DNA from: a candidate division WOR-3 bacterium
GTDB taxonomy: Bacteria > Hydrothermota > Tepidihabitantia > B3-TA06
Assembly: GCA_965649265.1 (NCBI GenBank)
Contig: CBFGKC010000002.1
Coordinates: 60,655 to 106,999, forward strand
DNA: 46,345 nucleotides
Reading direction: 5' to 3'
Made by a program: the position numbers and the translations under genes. The notes beneath the pieces were generated by a model. The model ran no database searches, was not told where the DNA came from, and saw nothing but the letters and a program-made list of their open reading frames with translations. Positions within the stretch are counted from its first letter, which is position 1; each line of letters starts with the position of its first letter. Of the stretch, positions 26,875 through 35,662 are shown in pieces.

Positions 26875-28182
26875 TTATCTCCTAACACCTTTCCAGTCAA
26901 CCTTCACAAGCTGACCGTCGTAGATGATCTGATCACCGAGTTTATCGATGATCTTGATGGAGTAATAGAACGTACCGTTATCAACCTGGCCGCCGCGGAT
27001 ATTATCCACGCCGTTCCATGTGAACTTGCCAGGAAGTTCGTCAATCTCACCGTATACGTCTCTCGTCTGACGGTAGCGAACATTACCGCCGGCGTCCTTG
27101 ATCTCGAATATCCAACGCTTGGTGCGATTCTTGAATGCCGATGCCCCGTGCACGACTATCTCTGCATAATCGGCAGGAGAGTTCAACTGGGCCGGCTTTG
27201 ATTCAAGCCAGATACCTGCAACAGTTTTGAGATCGAGGTTGAGTGAAAGCTTGTGTACCGGCTGGAGCATGAACTCGCTTGCGTAGTTCATCTGCAAAGC
27301 GTAGTTGAGTTCAAGACCCATGCTGCGGGAAAGCTCGGTGACTATGCCGAGACCGAAGGTGAAGTATTTGTTGTTTATGCCGGCGCGGATGGCCAGGGGC
27401 TTCGCAGGGTAAACTTCAAGACCTTCGTACCAGCCGAATTCACCGTTTTCATCCAGACTGTAGGAAATGTCGGAGCCCAGCATTACGCGGTTGTCAAGAA
27501 GCCTGAGACCCAGACCTGCACGCAGAATGCGCGGGTTTGCCGGGTTCATGGTATCGCCGAGGTAATCAAGTCTTGAACCGGCAAGGTTCTTTAACGCAAG
27601 ACCGATTGTAACCATGTCGTATGGAAGACTCGCTACAAAACTGACCGGATAAAAGCTGAAGCCTGCGTCAACGTCAAATCCGAGCGCCTGCTCGTCGGCA
27701 AGCTGGCTGAAGATGAGTTTCGGGGCAACGCCGATACCAAGGAAGCCGAACTTCTTGGCGTAGCTGATCATGACACCCGAGTTGTTCATTCCATCAGCGA
27801 TTTGAATAGGCAATCCGTCAGGACCTACCGGGTCCTCAATTGCGCCGAAAGCACCGACGTACGTAAGCCCGAAGGTTCCGTAGGTCGCCCAGGGCATGTT
27901 AAAGGAGAGAACACTCTGGCCGCAGTTACCGTAAAGCGTTCCACCCATGAGCGAAAGCTGAGCGGTGTGAATCTCGGCCAGACCGGCCGGGTTATAGAGA
28001 ACCGCTTCGCCCTGATCGGCAAGGCCCGTGTTGGCCTGACCCATGGCAAGCGAACGAGCGCTGCCGCCCGATTCGAATAGCATGGCACCCAAACCGCCGG
28101 CGCCTGTCGAGTCCTGTGCGAACGCAACACCCGCCATGAGCGGGAGAAGCACTACTGCAAGTAAGTATTTCGCTTTCATCAT
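26875..28182 (-). CDS. PorV/PorQ-family beta-barrel with C-terminal FlgD-Ig-like domain
   Basis: Signal peptide; SARSLAMGQANTGLAD..AVLYNPAGLA, KNL.G, LAIRAG, HKLSL; tail WIFEIKDAGGNV..FTWNGVD..GTFYYSI. Confidence 0.8.
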   Translation of the reverse strand: MMKAKYLLAVVLLPLMAGVAFAQDSTGAGGLGAMLFESGGSARSLAMGQANTGLADQGEAVLYNPAGLAEIHTAQLSLMGGTLYGNCGQSVLSFNMPWATYGTFGLTYVGAFGAIEDPVGPDGLPIQIADGMNNSGVMISYAKKFGFLGIGVAPKLIFSQLADEQALGFDVDAGFSFYPVSFVASLPYDMVTIGLALKNLAGSRLDYLGDTMNPANPRILRAGLGLRLLDNRVMLGSDISYSLDENGEFGWYEGLEVYPAKPLAIRAGINNKYFTFGLGIVTELSRSMGLELNYALQMNYASEFMLQPVHKLSLNLDLKTVAGIWLESKPAQLNSPADYAEIVVHGASAFKNRTKRWIFEIKDAGGNVRYRQTRDVYGEIDELPGKFTWNGVDNIRGGQVDNGTFYYSIKIIDKLGDQIIYDGQLVKVDWKGVRR

Positions 28183-28195
28183 TGCCTCCTAGACC

Positions 28196-29833
28196 TTACC
28201 AGATCACCATAAGGTTTTTCTTGAGCACTTCGCTGCTAAGATTAGTCAACGTAATCTTGAGCACCGCCTGGTACATACCGCTGGCAACGCGGTTGCCCTT
28301 GCTGTTCAAGCCATTCCACATAATTGTTTGTTGACCGGGCTCTACCGCCGCTCCTGACGTATAGATGTTCTTGAAGACAACGTTGCCGTAGATATCGGTA
28401 ATCAGAAGCATAACCTCTGCAGCGCCGGCCTGATCTACCTTATAGTTGAGCTTGATTGCATCGTGGTTAGGCGCTCCGTATTTGAAGGGGTTCGGATAGA
28501 TTGAAAGACCAGGTTTTTCTATAACCCAAAGACGTACCGTATCCGAATGGGTACCAGCCGTAACTTCAATATCATACACACCAGCAGAATCGGCCCATAC
28601 ATCGGTGGATGCCTCGCCATCGGAATTAGTTTCTATGACGTCGTCTTCTATATGGAAGTATATTGCTGAGCCAGAAATAAGTTTTACAGAGATTTTGAAT
28701 CCGGAACCTGCCCTGTTTTGACCGATAAATGCAATCGCCGTCAATTTGGAATGCACACCTGTAGGAACTGTATCGGGATTAAGATCGGCCACAACGGACG
28801 TAATGGCAGGCTGGACCTTTACCAGCGTGCTGTAGGATGTTAGAGGAGCGGCAGCGTTATCCTTGGCTACAATAGGAATTCCTATAGTGATATCGGACGA
28901 TTCAAACCAAACAGGGACATTGGGAGCAACACCGCCGGAAATCGAATTGGCACTGCTGTCGGTAAGGTTGTCCGAACCGGTCCACACGTTGACATCAGAG
29001 GCGGAATAGCTCGTCACGGTATTCCAGCAGTTGTCCACCGCATATATGTTAACAACATACGGAACACCCTGCGTGGCCCACCTGGCTTTCGTGCTGTCGG
29101 TCATCTTTTTACCAGGATAACTGGCTAAGGAAGAAGTCGTATCGCCAGGGACGAGGACCTCAAATGAATCCTTAGTAATAAGCTTAGCTGCCGGACCTAC
29201 GTTGACTAACACGCTGCTATTGTCATCGGATAAAGAGCCGCCCTTTACGGTAACGGTCTTCGTACCTGCCGTGCGAAGTTCAATTTTGCTCGTCGGCACT
29301 GCGGCAGAAATCACCCTGAAAAACTGATCAGTTGAAGTAAAAGTAGGTGTATCAGTTCCGGTCACATCATTATTCCACTTATCGCAGATATGAACCCCGT
29401 AATCGGCAGTATCACCTGCGGTTACTGAAGCCGTGCCTGTTTTGCCGTCAGGCTCATCGGCTTCACCAGCTGCGTGGGTCTCACCGGGGGCAATTAACAG
29501 CCACTTTTCCGCCGGTCCTGCGACTACGTCGAACGGTTCCGATTCCCCGAACTCGGCACCCTTACTGGCATACAGGGTGAGACCTGTGCCGGGATGGGTA
29601 ATCTCTATAGGTCCATCATATGTGAAGTTTTTAAGTTCTACAGACGTCTCGAAAACCCATGTTTTGGTGCCAGGATTTACAAAAAGATCCGCCTCGGAAG
29701 CAGACCCGGCTGTAATGACTACCCTTACGGGAACTCCTACCGTAGTGGGCTTTCCTTCTGGAAAAGTAATGGTCATGGCTGCACTCGCAGCCGCTACTAA
29801 AAGGACGGTAAGAAGAAGAATCTTCTTCATCAT
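28196..29833 (-). CDS. exported Ig-like repeat protein with FlgD-Ig/T9SS-type C-terminal domain (putative surface protein)
   Basis: Signal peptide; T/S/V/G-rich; Big_1-like ETNSDGEAS; tail IYPNPF..ITDIYGNVV..WNGLNSKGNRVASGMY. Confidence 0.8.
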   Translation of the reverse strand: MMKKILLLTVLLVAAASAAMTITFPEGKPTTVGVPVRVVITAGSASEADLFVNPGTKTWVFETSVELKNFTYDGPIEITHPGTGLTLYASKGAEFGESEPFDVVAGPAEKWLLIAPGETHAAGEADEPDGKTGTASVTAGDTADYGVHICDKWNNDVTGTDTPTFTSTDQFFRVISAAVPTSKIELRTAGTKTVTVKGGSLSDDNSSVLVNVGPAAKLITKDSFEVLVPGDTTSSLASYPGKKMTDSTKARWATQGVPYVVNIYAVDNCWNTVTSYSASDVNVWTGSDNLTDSSANSISGGVAPNVPVWFESSDITIGIPIVAKDNAAAPLTSYSTLVKVQPAITSVVADLNPDTVPTGVHSKLTAIAFIGQNRAGSGFKISVKLISGSAIYFHIEDDVIETNSDGEASTDVWADSAGVYDIEVTAGTHSDTVRLWVIEKPGLSIYPNPFKYGAPNHDAIKLNYKVDQAGAAEVMLLITDIYGNVVFKNIYTSGAAVEPGQQTIMWNGLNSKGNRVASGMYQAVLKITLTNLSSEVLKKNLMVIW

Positions 29834-29886
29834 TTCCCTCCTTTGGGCATAGGATGGTTTGACTTATTTATGTTTTTACTAACTTA

Positions 29887-29914
29887 AATATACGCGTTTA
29901 CCGCGACTTGTCAA
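29887..29914 (-). promoter_or_regulatory. sigma70 promoter of the Ig/PorV/TPR operon
   Basis: Minus strand TTGACA-16 bp-TATATT starting 3 nt after the tRNA-Phe 3' end. Confidence 0.6.
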
Positions 29915-29917
29915 GCA

Positions 29918-29990
29918 TGCCGGGGCGCAGAATCGAACTGCGGACACCGGGTTTTTCAGACCCGTGCTCTACCAACTGAGCTACCCCGGC
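29918..29990 (-). tRNA. tRNA-Phe (GAA), CCA not encoded
   Basis: Minus strand GCCGGGG-TAGCTCAGTTGGTAGAGC..CGGGT-CTGAAAA-ACCCG..CGCAG-TTCGATT-CTGCG-CCCCGGC-A. Confidence 0.97.
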
Positions 29991-30003
29991 TTTGAATTTT
30001 CGC

Positions 30004-30032
30004 ACTATACTTAACTCAGTAGGTGTTGTCAA
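30004..30032 (-). promoter_or_regulatory. sigma70 promoter of tRNA-Phe
   Basis: Minus strand TTGACA-17 bp-TATAGT. Confidence 0.75.
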
Positions 30033-30040
30033 TACCTAAT

Positions 30041-30721
30041 TTACCTTATTCGAGGCCCGAATAATGCTCTACCGAGCCGGACCATTGTAGCACCCTCCTC
30101 CACGGCTATCTCGAAATCGTCGCTCATCCCCATCGATAGATGAGGAAGATAGCAACCGAACACGTTCTCGGCCCGGTTGCGAAGTTCACGCAGCAGTGTG
30201 AAACTCGAACGTATCTTTTGCTGGTCCTCGCTCAGAGGCCCGACGGTCATAAGCCCCACAAGCTTGATGTGTTCGCATTTAAGGACAACCGTCATAAGTT
30301 CTGCAAGCTTATCGGGCTCGACGCCGGACTTTGACTCCTCGCCTGACGTGTTTACTTCAATAAGGCAAGGAGTCAATTTCTCCAACACGGCACTTTCCTT
30401 CTCGATGTCATCCGCCAGAGCCGCCGAATCGAGGCTGTGGATCATCGAAAAGATTCCCAGCGCCTTGCGGACCTTGTTGCGTTGAAGGGTTCCCACAAGG
30501 TGCCAATCAACGGCTTTTCCAATCTCGGCGAACTTCTCTACTGCCTCTTGGACGCGGTTCTCCCCTATTATGTTTACGCCGGCTGCGATCGCCTCACGTA
30601 TTACTTCCGAAGGATGCGTTTTCGTCACGGCTACAATCTGCACCTCCGAAGGGCTACGCCCAGCTTTCGAACACGCGTCGGCTATCTGGTTTTTAACAAG
30701 TTCCAGATTAGCTTTAACCAC
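30041..30721 (-). CDS. yggS: PLP homeostasis protein (YggS/PROSC)
   Basis: VAVTKT, GENRVQE, WHLVGTLQRNKV, IHSLDS, LVGLMT, LSMGMSDDFEIAVEEGATMVRLG; GTG 30721 after AGAGGA. Confidence 0.95.
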   Translation of the reverse strand: MVKANLELVKNQIADACSKAGRSPSEVQIVAVTKTHPSEVIREAIAAGVNIIGENRVQEAVEKFAEIGKAVDWHLVGTLQRNKVRKALGIFSMIHSLDSAALADDIEKESAVLEKLTPCLIEVNTSGEESKSGVEPDKLAELMTVVLKCEHIKLVGLMTVGPLSEDQQKIRSSFTLLRELRNRAENVFGCYLPHLSMGMSDDFEIAVEEGATMVRLGRALFGPRIR

Positions 30722-31823
30722 CCCACATCCTCTCGCGTTTTTTCCAGAATTCAGTAAACTCAAGGCCAAGGTTCAGTCCGACATGATATTCGGTTATGCT
30801 TCCGCCTGTTCGCAAACCTCCCAGGAGCTGCACGTTCCCGTATCCAAAAGTGGCTATCGGGATTCGCGTACCCACACCAAGGTAAAAATCGTTTATGGCT
30901 GAGGAGTCCGCGGTCTGGGTGTAGGAGGACATCCAACCTGCCTTTGCAGTAAGCGTCAAGGGTTTCAAGGCAAAGCTTGAATTGAATTCCAGGGTTCTCC
31001 CGGGCACAAAAAGGAGATTGCCCGGCTCACCGCCCGTCTGCTGGATATATGCCGCGGTCAGAGAAAACTTCGGAGCCGTCCACGACAATATGCCGCCCAC
31101 TTCGGCCGGAGGAACGTAGAACGCCGAATCCGTAAACGTGGTATCACGCTCCGTTTGAACCTCGGTGAGGACCTTTAAATCAAGAGGATAACCATAGAAC
31201 CCCCTGAAATCGAAATTACCGAGGTGGAGTCCTGCCATCCCCCAGAAGCCGTTGCCTTTGAAATGATAAAGAAGCGAATCGACCGTCGCCTCCTGATATA
31301 CGACCGTATCGTCTTGAAACTTGAGAATCTCCGAATCCCAACGCTCCCAGGCTCCGCCGAAAAGCCTTTCGTAACCCACGCCCAGATACACTATATCGAA
31401 AAGACTCTTGTCGAGTGATACCCTGAAACTCTCTATTCCCCCCCTGCTGGCTATCCGCCTTACCAGAGTGTAGTCGCTGGAGTGGATTGAATCGCTCTGC
31501 GCCGCGAAATCGAGATTGAATCGTTCACATGTCGAAAGCGCGAGACCGAACTTTCCCGGCAGGGGAAAGAAAAAACCGAAATCCGACGGTCTGGCGATGA
31601 ACCCATCTTTGCTATAATTAATATTGAGGGAATCTCTTCTCTCCGAAGAATGCACGTATTCGAGCCCGAAATCGGCATAGAGGATTGTTTCGCTGCGCGG
31701 TTGAATCTTAAGAAAATCAGGGGGTGCAATGTACCCGCCGAGCCCATGAGCATTGAATATCGAATACGCGAAGAGTGAGCTTATCGGCAGCAAAGAGATG
31801 AGGAACAGTGCAGTCTTTCTCAC
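30714..31823 (-). CDS. putative outer-membrane beta-barrel (FadL-like?)
   Basis: Signal peptide ..LFA|YS; amphipathic strands rich in G/F/Y; N-terminal YS....GLG and C-terminal LEFTEFWKKR. Confidence 0.6.
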   Translation of the reverse strand: MRKTALFLISLLPISSLFAYSIFNAHGLGGYIAPPDFLKIQPRSETILYADFGLEYVHSSERRDSLNINYSKDGFIARPSDFGFFFPLPGKFGLALSTCERFNLDFAAQSDSIHSSDYTLVRRIASRGGIESFRVSLDKSLFDIVYLGVGYERLFGGAWERWDSEILKFQDDTVVYQEATVDSLLYHFKGNGFWGMAGLHLGNFDFRGFYGYPLDLKVLTEVQTERDTTFTDSAFYVPPAEVGGILSWTAPKFSLTAAYIQQTGGEPGNLLFVPGRTLEFNSSFALKPLTLTAKAGWMSSYTQTADSSAINDFYLGVGTRIPIATFGYGNVQLLGGLRTGGSITEYHVGLNLGLEFTEFWKKRERMWGG

Positions 31824-33007
31824 ATCTCCCCCTTAAACCGCCCCTCGGGAGGGGCCGTATAAGTAATCACGATTTTAGGTAAGCCTGTGATGCGACCTAG
31901 CGAGTATATACGGTTTTCCTGACTGTAAGAGGCCGCCGATGGGTTAGGGTTGTACGGCAGGAAGGAGTGCGAAAACAATAACCCGAAATTAGAATCCGGT
32001 TCTTCCACCCACAATTGAATCAATTCCGTCACGGTAACGCTCAGGGAATCCTCGGTATATTCAAGGGAGGACCTCCCCCACATGGTCGGTTCGAAATCGC
32101 TGAACCTGCCTGCGAAGTGGTCGGAGAGCCTGTAGCAATTGAACTGCAGCGTATCCTCAGGGGTAAAAAAGTTCTTGTAGTTTACGGTCAGGTATGCCGA
32201 AGTCACATTAGTCAGCACAGGAAGGGTATCCACGGGAAAATGCATGTAAACCCTCCAGGCAAGCCCGGCTCCGACAAGGGTGTCTCGAGAACTCGGCTCA
32301 TACGGTCTTATTATCGAAGCATCGTTGACCGCTCCGTAATAGACGTCTGCATCATCTGAGGTAAACTTGATTGTATCTTCGTCGCGGAAGCCCCACAAGG
32401 CAGGAGCGTATGAGGAACTCTGGGCGGCACCCACGTAAACGAATCCGTCGTTTTGAGGTATCAGGATGAACCCCTTACGATAAACGGACAACCTGGTTGA
32501 ATCCAGTTTATAGAAAACAGTATCCTTGTCGATATTGATTTCACCAAGAAGCTGGCTCTCATCATAGTCACCCCCCTGCCTCTGCCACTTTGTGTAGGCG
32601 TCAGCCAGAACCCAAGTGCAGCCGTCCTGGCTCCAACTCGTCGAGAGTGGATATATATTGAAATTGATTTTGTTCTGCCGCATGGTGTGCAGTGTGTCAA
32701 TCTTATAGTGGAAAAGAACAAGCTTCACGGAGTCGAATACGGAAATGGAGTCAAGCCCGTCGAAAGAAAAAAGCATCCGCGCTTCGGTAAGGCTGTCCCG
32801 TCCTCCGATCAGAGTAAGGGATTTGCCAAGTGAAATCTGCTCACTGTAAAATGCCATGCTGTCCGCTTCGATGGTTATTTGATGCAGCGTAAGCTCTCCC
32901 CTGCCGAGTTCGCCGAAACCGAAAGGACTCTCTTCACAGCCCGCAAGGACAAAAATGGAAAAGCCGGCAACCAGGAACTTAGTGACCCAATTCTTTTTTA
33001 ATGGCAT
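31820..33007 (-). CDS. lipoprotein with DNRLRE/DUF4270-like beta domains
   Basis: Lipobox LAGC; IYPLSTSWSQDGCTW..W...GGDY; VTELIQLWV....NFGLL; PKIVITY. Confidence 0.65.
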   Translation of the reverse strand: MPLKKNWVTKFLVAGFSIFVLAGCEESPFGFGELGRGELTLHQITIEADSMAFYSEQISLGKSLTLIGGRDSLTEARMLFSFDGLDSISVFDSVKLVLFHYKIDTLHTMRQNKINFNIYPLSTSWSQDGCTWVLADAYTKWQRQGGDYDESQLLGEINIDKDTVFYKLDSTRLSVYRKGFILIPQNDGFVYVGAAQSSSYAPALWGFRDEDTIKFTSDDADVYYGAVNDASIIRPYEPSSRDTLVGAGLAWRVYMHFPVDTLPVLTNVTSAYLTVNYKNFFTPEDTLQFNCYRLSDHFAGRFSDFEPTMWGRSSLEYTEDSLSVTVTELIQLWVEEPDSNFGLLFSHSFLPYNPNPSAASYSQENRIYSLGRITGLPKIVITYTAPPEGRFKGEM

Positions 33008-33956
33008 CTACGACTCCTTCTCTCACGGTAAACGACGCCAGACGCAGCGCGTTGTTGATGGCTTCCGGCGACGAACGTCCGTGGGATATTATGACAGGCT
33101 TCTCCACACCCAGAAGAATCGCACCGCCGGACTTCTCGTAGTTGAGCCCTTCTATGAAATCCTTGAATACTTTCTTAGAGAACCAGCTGCGCCAACGATA
33201 TCTTCTGGCCGTTTCCTTGAGAACACTCAGAACCGCGGCACCCATGCCTTCGCCGAATTTGAGCATTATGTTTCCGGTAAATCCGTCGGTCACGATTACA
33301 TCCGCGATATTCCTGAAAACATCCGAACTTTCCATATTCCCGATGAAGTTTACAGGAACTGACGCAAGGTGAGTGTAAGCCTCCTGAGTAAACTTGTCTC
33401 CCTTTCCTTCCTCGTGACCGATGTTAAGAAGCGCTATCCTCGGTTCAGGGACTCCGTAGACCCTCTCGGACATTATTTTTCCCATAACGGCGTAACGGGC
33501 CAGATGGATGGGCTTAGGGTCCACATTTGCCCCGACATCCAGGACCAGGATCTGGCCATGAGGTGTCGGGAATATCGCGCCCAGTGCAGGCCGCTCAACA
33601 CCTTTAATTCTTCCGAGAGAGAAAATGGAAAAAGCCACAACCGCGCCGGTATTTCCCGCGCTCACGAAGGCATCCGCGTCGCCCTTTTTAAGCATTCCCA
33701 GTCCGACGGCGATGCTCGATCCGGTCTTGGTCTTTAAAACCTCACTCGGAGATTCATCCATTTCTACAACTTGGCTGGCTTCAAAAAAACCGACCCTGTC
33801 GACCTTGCGAAGCTCCTTACGTACGGCATCAAGTTTTTTCTTTGGCCCAATGAGGACGATTTCGAGATCATCTTCACGTTCCAGAGCGGCAATAGTCCCT
33901 TCAATCTCAGGCGATGGAGCCGTATCGCTCCCCATTGCGTCAAGCGCAATTTTCAC
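32979..33956 (-). CDS. plsX: phosphate acyltransferase
   Basis: IALDAMGSD.AP, VSAGNTGA, GVERPAL, LDVGAN, LLNIGHEEGKG, VTDGFTGN, SHGRS. Confidence 0.97.
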   Translation of the reverse strand: MKIALDAMGSDTAPSPEIEGTIAALEREDDLEIVLIGPKKKLDAVRKELRKVDRVGFFEASQVVEMDESPSEVLKTKTGSSIAVGLGMLKKGDADAFVSAGNTGAVVAFSIFSLGRIKGVERPALGAIFPTPHGQILVLDVGANVDPKPIHLARYAVMGKIMSERVYGVPEPRIALLNIGHEEGKGDKFTQEAYTHLASVPVNFIGNMESSDVFRNIADVIVTDGFTGNIMLKFGEGMGAAVLSVLKETARRYRWRSWFSKKVFKDFIEGLNYEKSGGAILLGVEKPVIISHGRSSPEAINNALRLASFTVREGVVDAIKKELGH

Positions 33957-34147
33957 TTCTTCTTGCTCTTGCTCTCGACGACTATTACTTCGCTTTCTTT
34001 GTAGAATCCACAGTTAGGGCAAACCCTGTGGGGTTGCTTGGGTTGCTTGCATTGAGGGCAAACGTCAATTGCCGGGGCTTCCAGCTTCCAGTGTGTGCGG
34101 CGTTTGCGTGTACGCTGATTGGAATGTCTTCTTTTAGGTACTGGCAT
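33953..34147 (-). CDS. rpmF: 50S ribosomal protein L32 (Zn-ribbon type)
   Basis: MPVPKRRHS..RTRKRR, CPQC...PHRVCPNCGFY. Confidence 0.97.
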   Translation of the reverse strand: MPVPKRRHSNQRTRKRRTHWKLEAPAIDVCPQCKQPKQPHRVCPNCGFYKESEVIVVESKSKKK

Positions 34148-34295
34148 TTATCTTATTCCTCCTTAAAAGTTTAATCTATTATGTTATAGAAAATACAGGG
34201 ATTGTCAACCCAGAAAAGACCCATTTCGTCTTTTTAGAAATACATATCCCGGTCGATATAACAGACGACTTTGATTGAATATAGGTTGCATGGAA

Positions 34296-34727
34296 CTACC
34301 CCAAAACCCTGCGCGAGCGCGGAACCTGACTCTTTAGTTTAGAATCCTTCAAAAGACCTATACCCAGGGCATAGTGTTTGTAGAAGGCAACCACAAAGCC
34401 GTCTGTTACGTCTGAAGCGGGCTTGACATCCTGAGTCTTACCCGCAAGAAAAAGCCTTGTCGCCCGTTCATCAAGATCGATGCGGCTCTTTGTTACGAGG
34501 TGTCCGAAAAGCTGTATGGCATTCGTTGTCGGGCGAACGCTGTGCGGGAAAACGCGGGCGATCCTGATGCCGCGCCTTATGACGTGTTTGAATTCGACCT
34601 CTGCCGCGTCGCGGGTTACGCACCAGATATCGTTGGACCTTGCAAAAAGTCTGTAGGATTTGAAATGTTCCTGGTCAATCCCGAAGCGCTCTTCGAGTGA
34701 GGTGAGGAATTGTTCTATCTCGTTCAC
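34296..34727 (-). CDS. stand-alone RsmF C-terminal/PUA-like (NOL1/NOP2/Fmu-associated) protein
   Basis: RRGIRIAR...RPTTNAIQLFG, DGFVVAFY....LGIGL....LKSQVP; coupled (GTGA) to the methyltransferase. Confidence 0.65.
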   Translation of the reverse strand: MNEIEQFLTSLEERFGIDQEHFKSYRLFARSNDIWCVTRDAAEVEFKHVIRRGIRIARVFPHSVRPTTNAIQLFGHLVTKSRIDLDERATRLFLAGKTQDVKPASDVTDGFVVAFYKHYALGIGLLKDSKLKSQVPRSRRVLG

Positions 34728-35662
34728 GACGGCTTCCTTATTTTTGCGATGCTGAAACCTTCGCCGTCGTGTTCGTGAGGGAAAAGTCTGGCGACGTTCT
34801 TTGACAAGGGGTTGAACTCCTCCCCGCGCCAGGACGAGAAACCCTTTCTGAAAGATACCCCCGCGAGTTCTATCGGCTCGATGACTGCATCAGGAAAATG
34901 AACGAGAAGATGGGTTATGACGCCTTCGTTCTCCTCAGGTTCGAAGGTACATGTAGAATAAACCATCACGCCGCCGGGTTTGAGAGCGTAGTATGCCGAG
35001 AGTATGAGTTTTTTCTGCAAATAGGCCAGGCGCTCGACGGTTCCGTCACTCCATATCTCGAGCGCACTCAACGATCGCGAAAGCGTGCCCTCGGAGGAGC
35101 AGGGCGCGTCAACGAGGATTCTGTCGAACGTTTCCGGCTTCATATAACCGAAGGACTGACCGGGCATATTGGTCACGACCTCGTTGAGCACACCTGAGCG
35201 GTCGAGGTTGGACGTAAGGGCAGGAATGCGCTTGCCGTTCGCGTCGTTGGCGACAAGCAGCCCCTGATTTTTCATGGCCGCCGCCATCTGCGTGGTTTTC
35301 GATCCGGGTGCGGCGGCAATATCAAGTATCGTCTCGCCCGGGTGAGGGTCGAGGATCGTAACAGGCATGGTGGACGAGGAATCCTGGACGTATATGAGAC
35401 CGAGGAAGTGTTCGAGGAGATTGCCCAGTTTGCCGTGGCTCTTTACGCGGAATACGAGATTGTTCCACGGTGCCGGATCGAGCTCGAGATACTCAAGACG
35501 GGCAAGTATTTCCTCCCTTGAGGCCTTCAGGGTGTTGAACCTTATGGTTTGAGAAGGAGGGCGCAGGAGCGCCGGAACGAATTCATCGAGCGGCAGCCCC
35601 ATATCCTCGAACCGTGAGAGCATCGCCTGGGGTATTTCGTCCGATCTTCTACGCCTTGACAA
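34724..35662 (-). CDS. RsmB/RsmF (NOL1/NOP2/Sun) RNA m5C methyltransferase
   Basis: IYVQDSSS, LDIAAAPGSKTTQ, FDRILVDAPCS.EG, MVYSTCT..PEENE; start set to TTG 35662 (GAGGAG RBS). Confidence 0.92.
   Translation of the reverse strand: MSRRRRSDEIPQAMLSRFEDMGLPLDEFVPALLRPPSQTIRFNTLKASREEILARLEYLELDPAPWNNLVFRVKSHGKLGNLLEHFLGLIYVQDSSSTMPVTILDPHPGETILDIAAAPGSKTTQMAAAMKNQGLLVANDANGKRIPALTSNLDRSGVLNEVVTNMPGQSFGYMKPETFDRILVDAPCSSEGTLSRSLSALEIWSDGTVERLAYLQKKLILSAYYALKPGGVMVYSTCTFEPEENEGVITHLLVHFPDAVIEPIELAGVSFRKGFSSWRGEEFNPLSKNVARLFPHEHDGEGFSIAKIRKPS

Noticed and set aside
14661-29990. Envelope cluster as a tRNA-flanked genomic island
   Set aside because: Flanked by two different intact tRNAs; no integrase or duplicated att seen; composition broadly like the core genes
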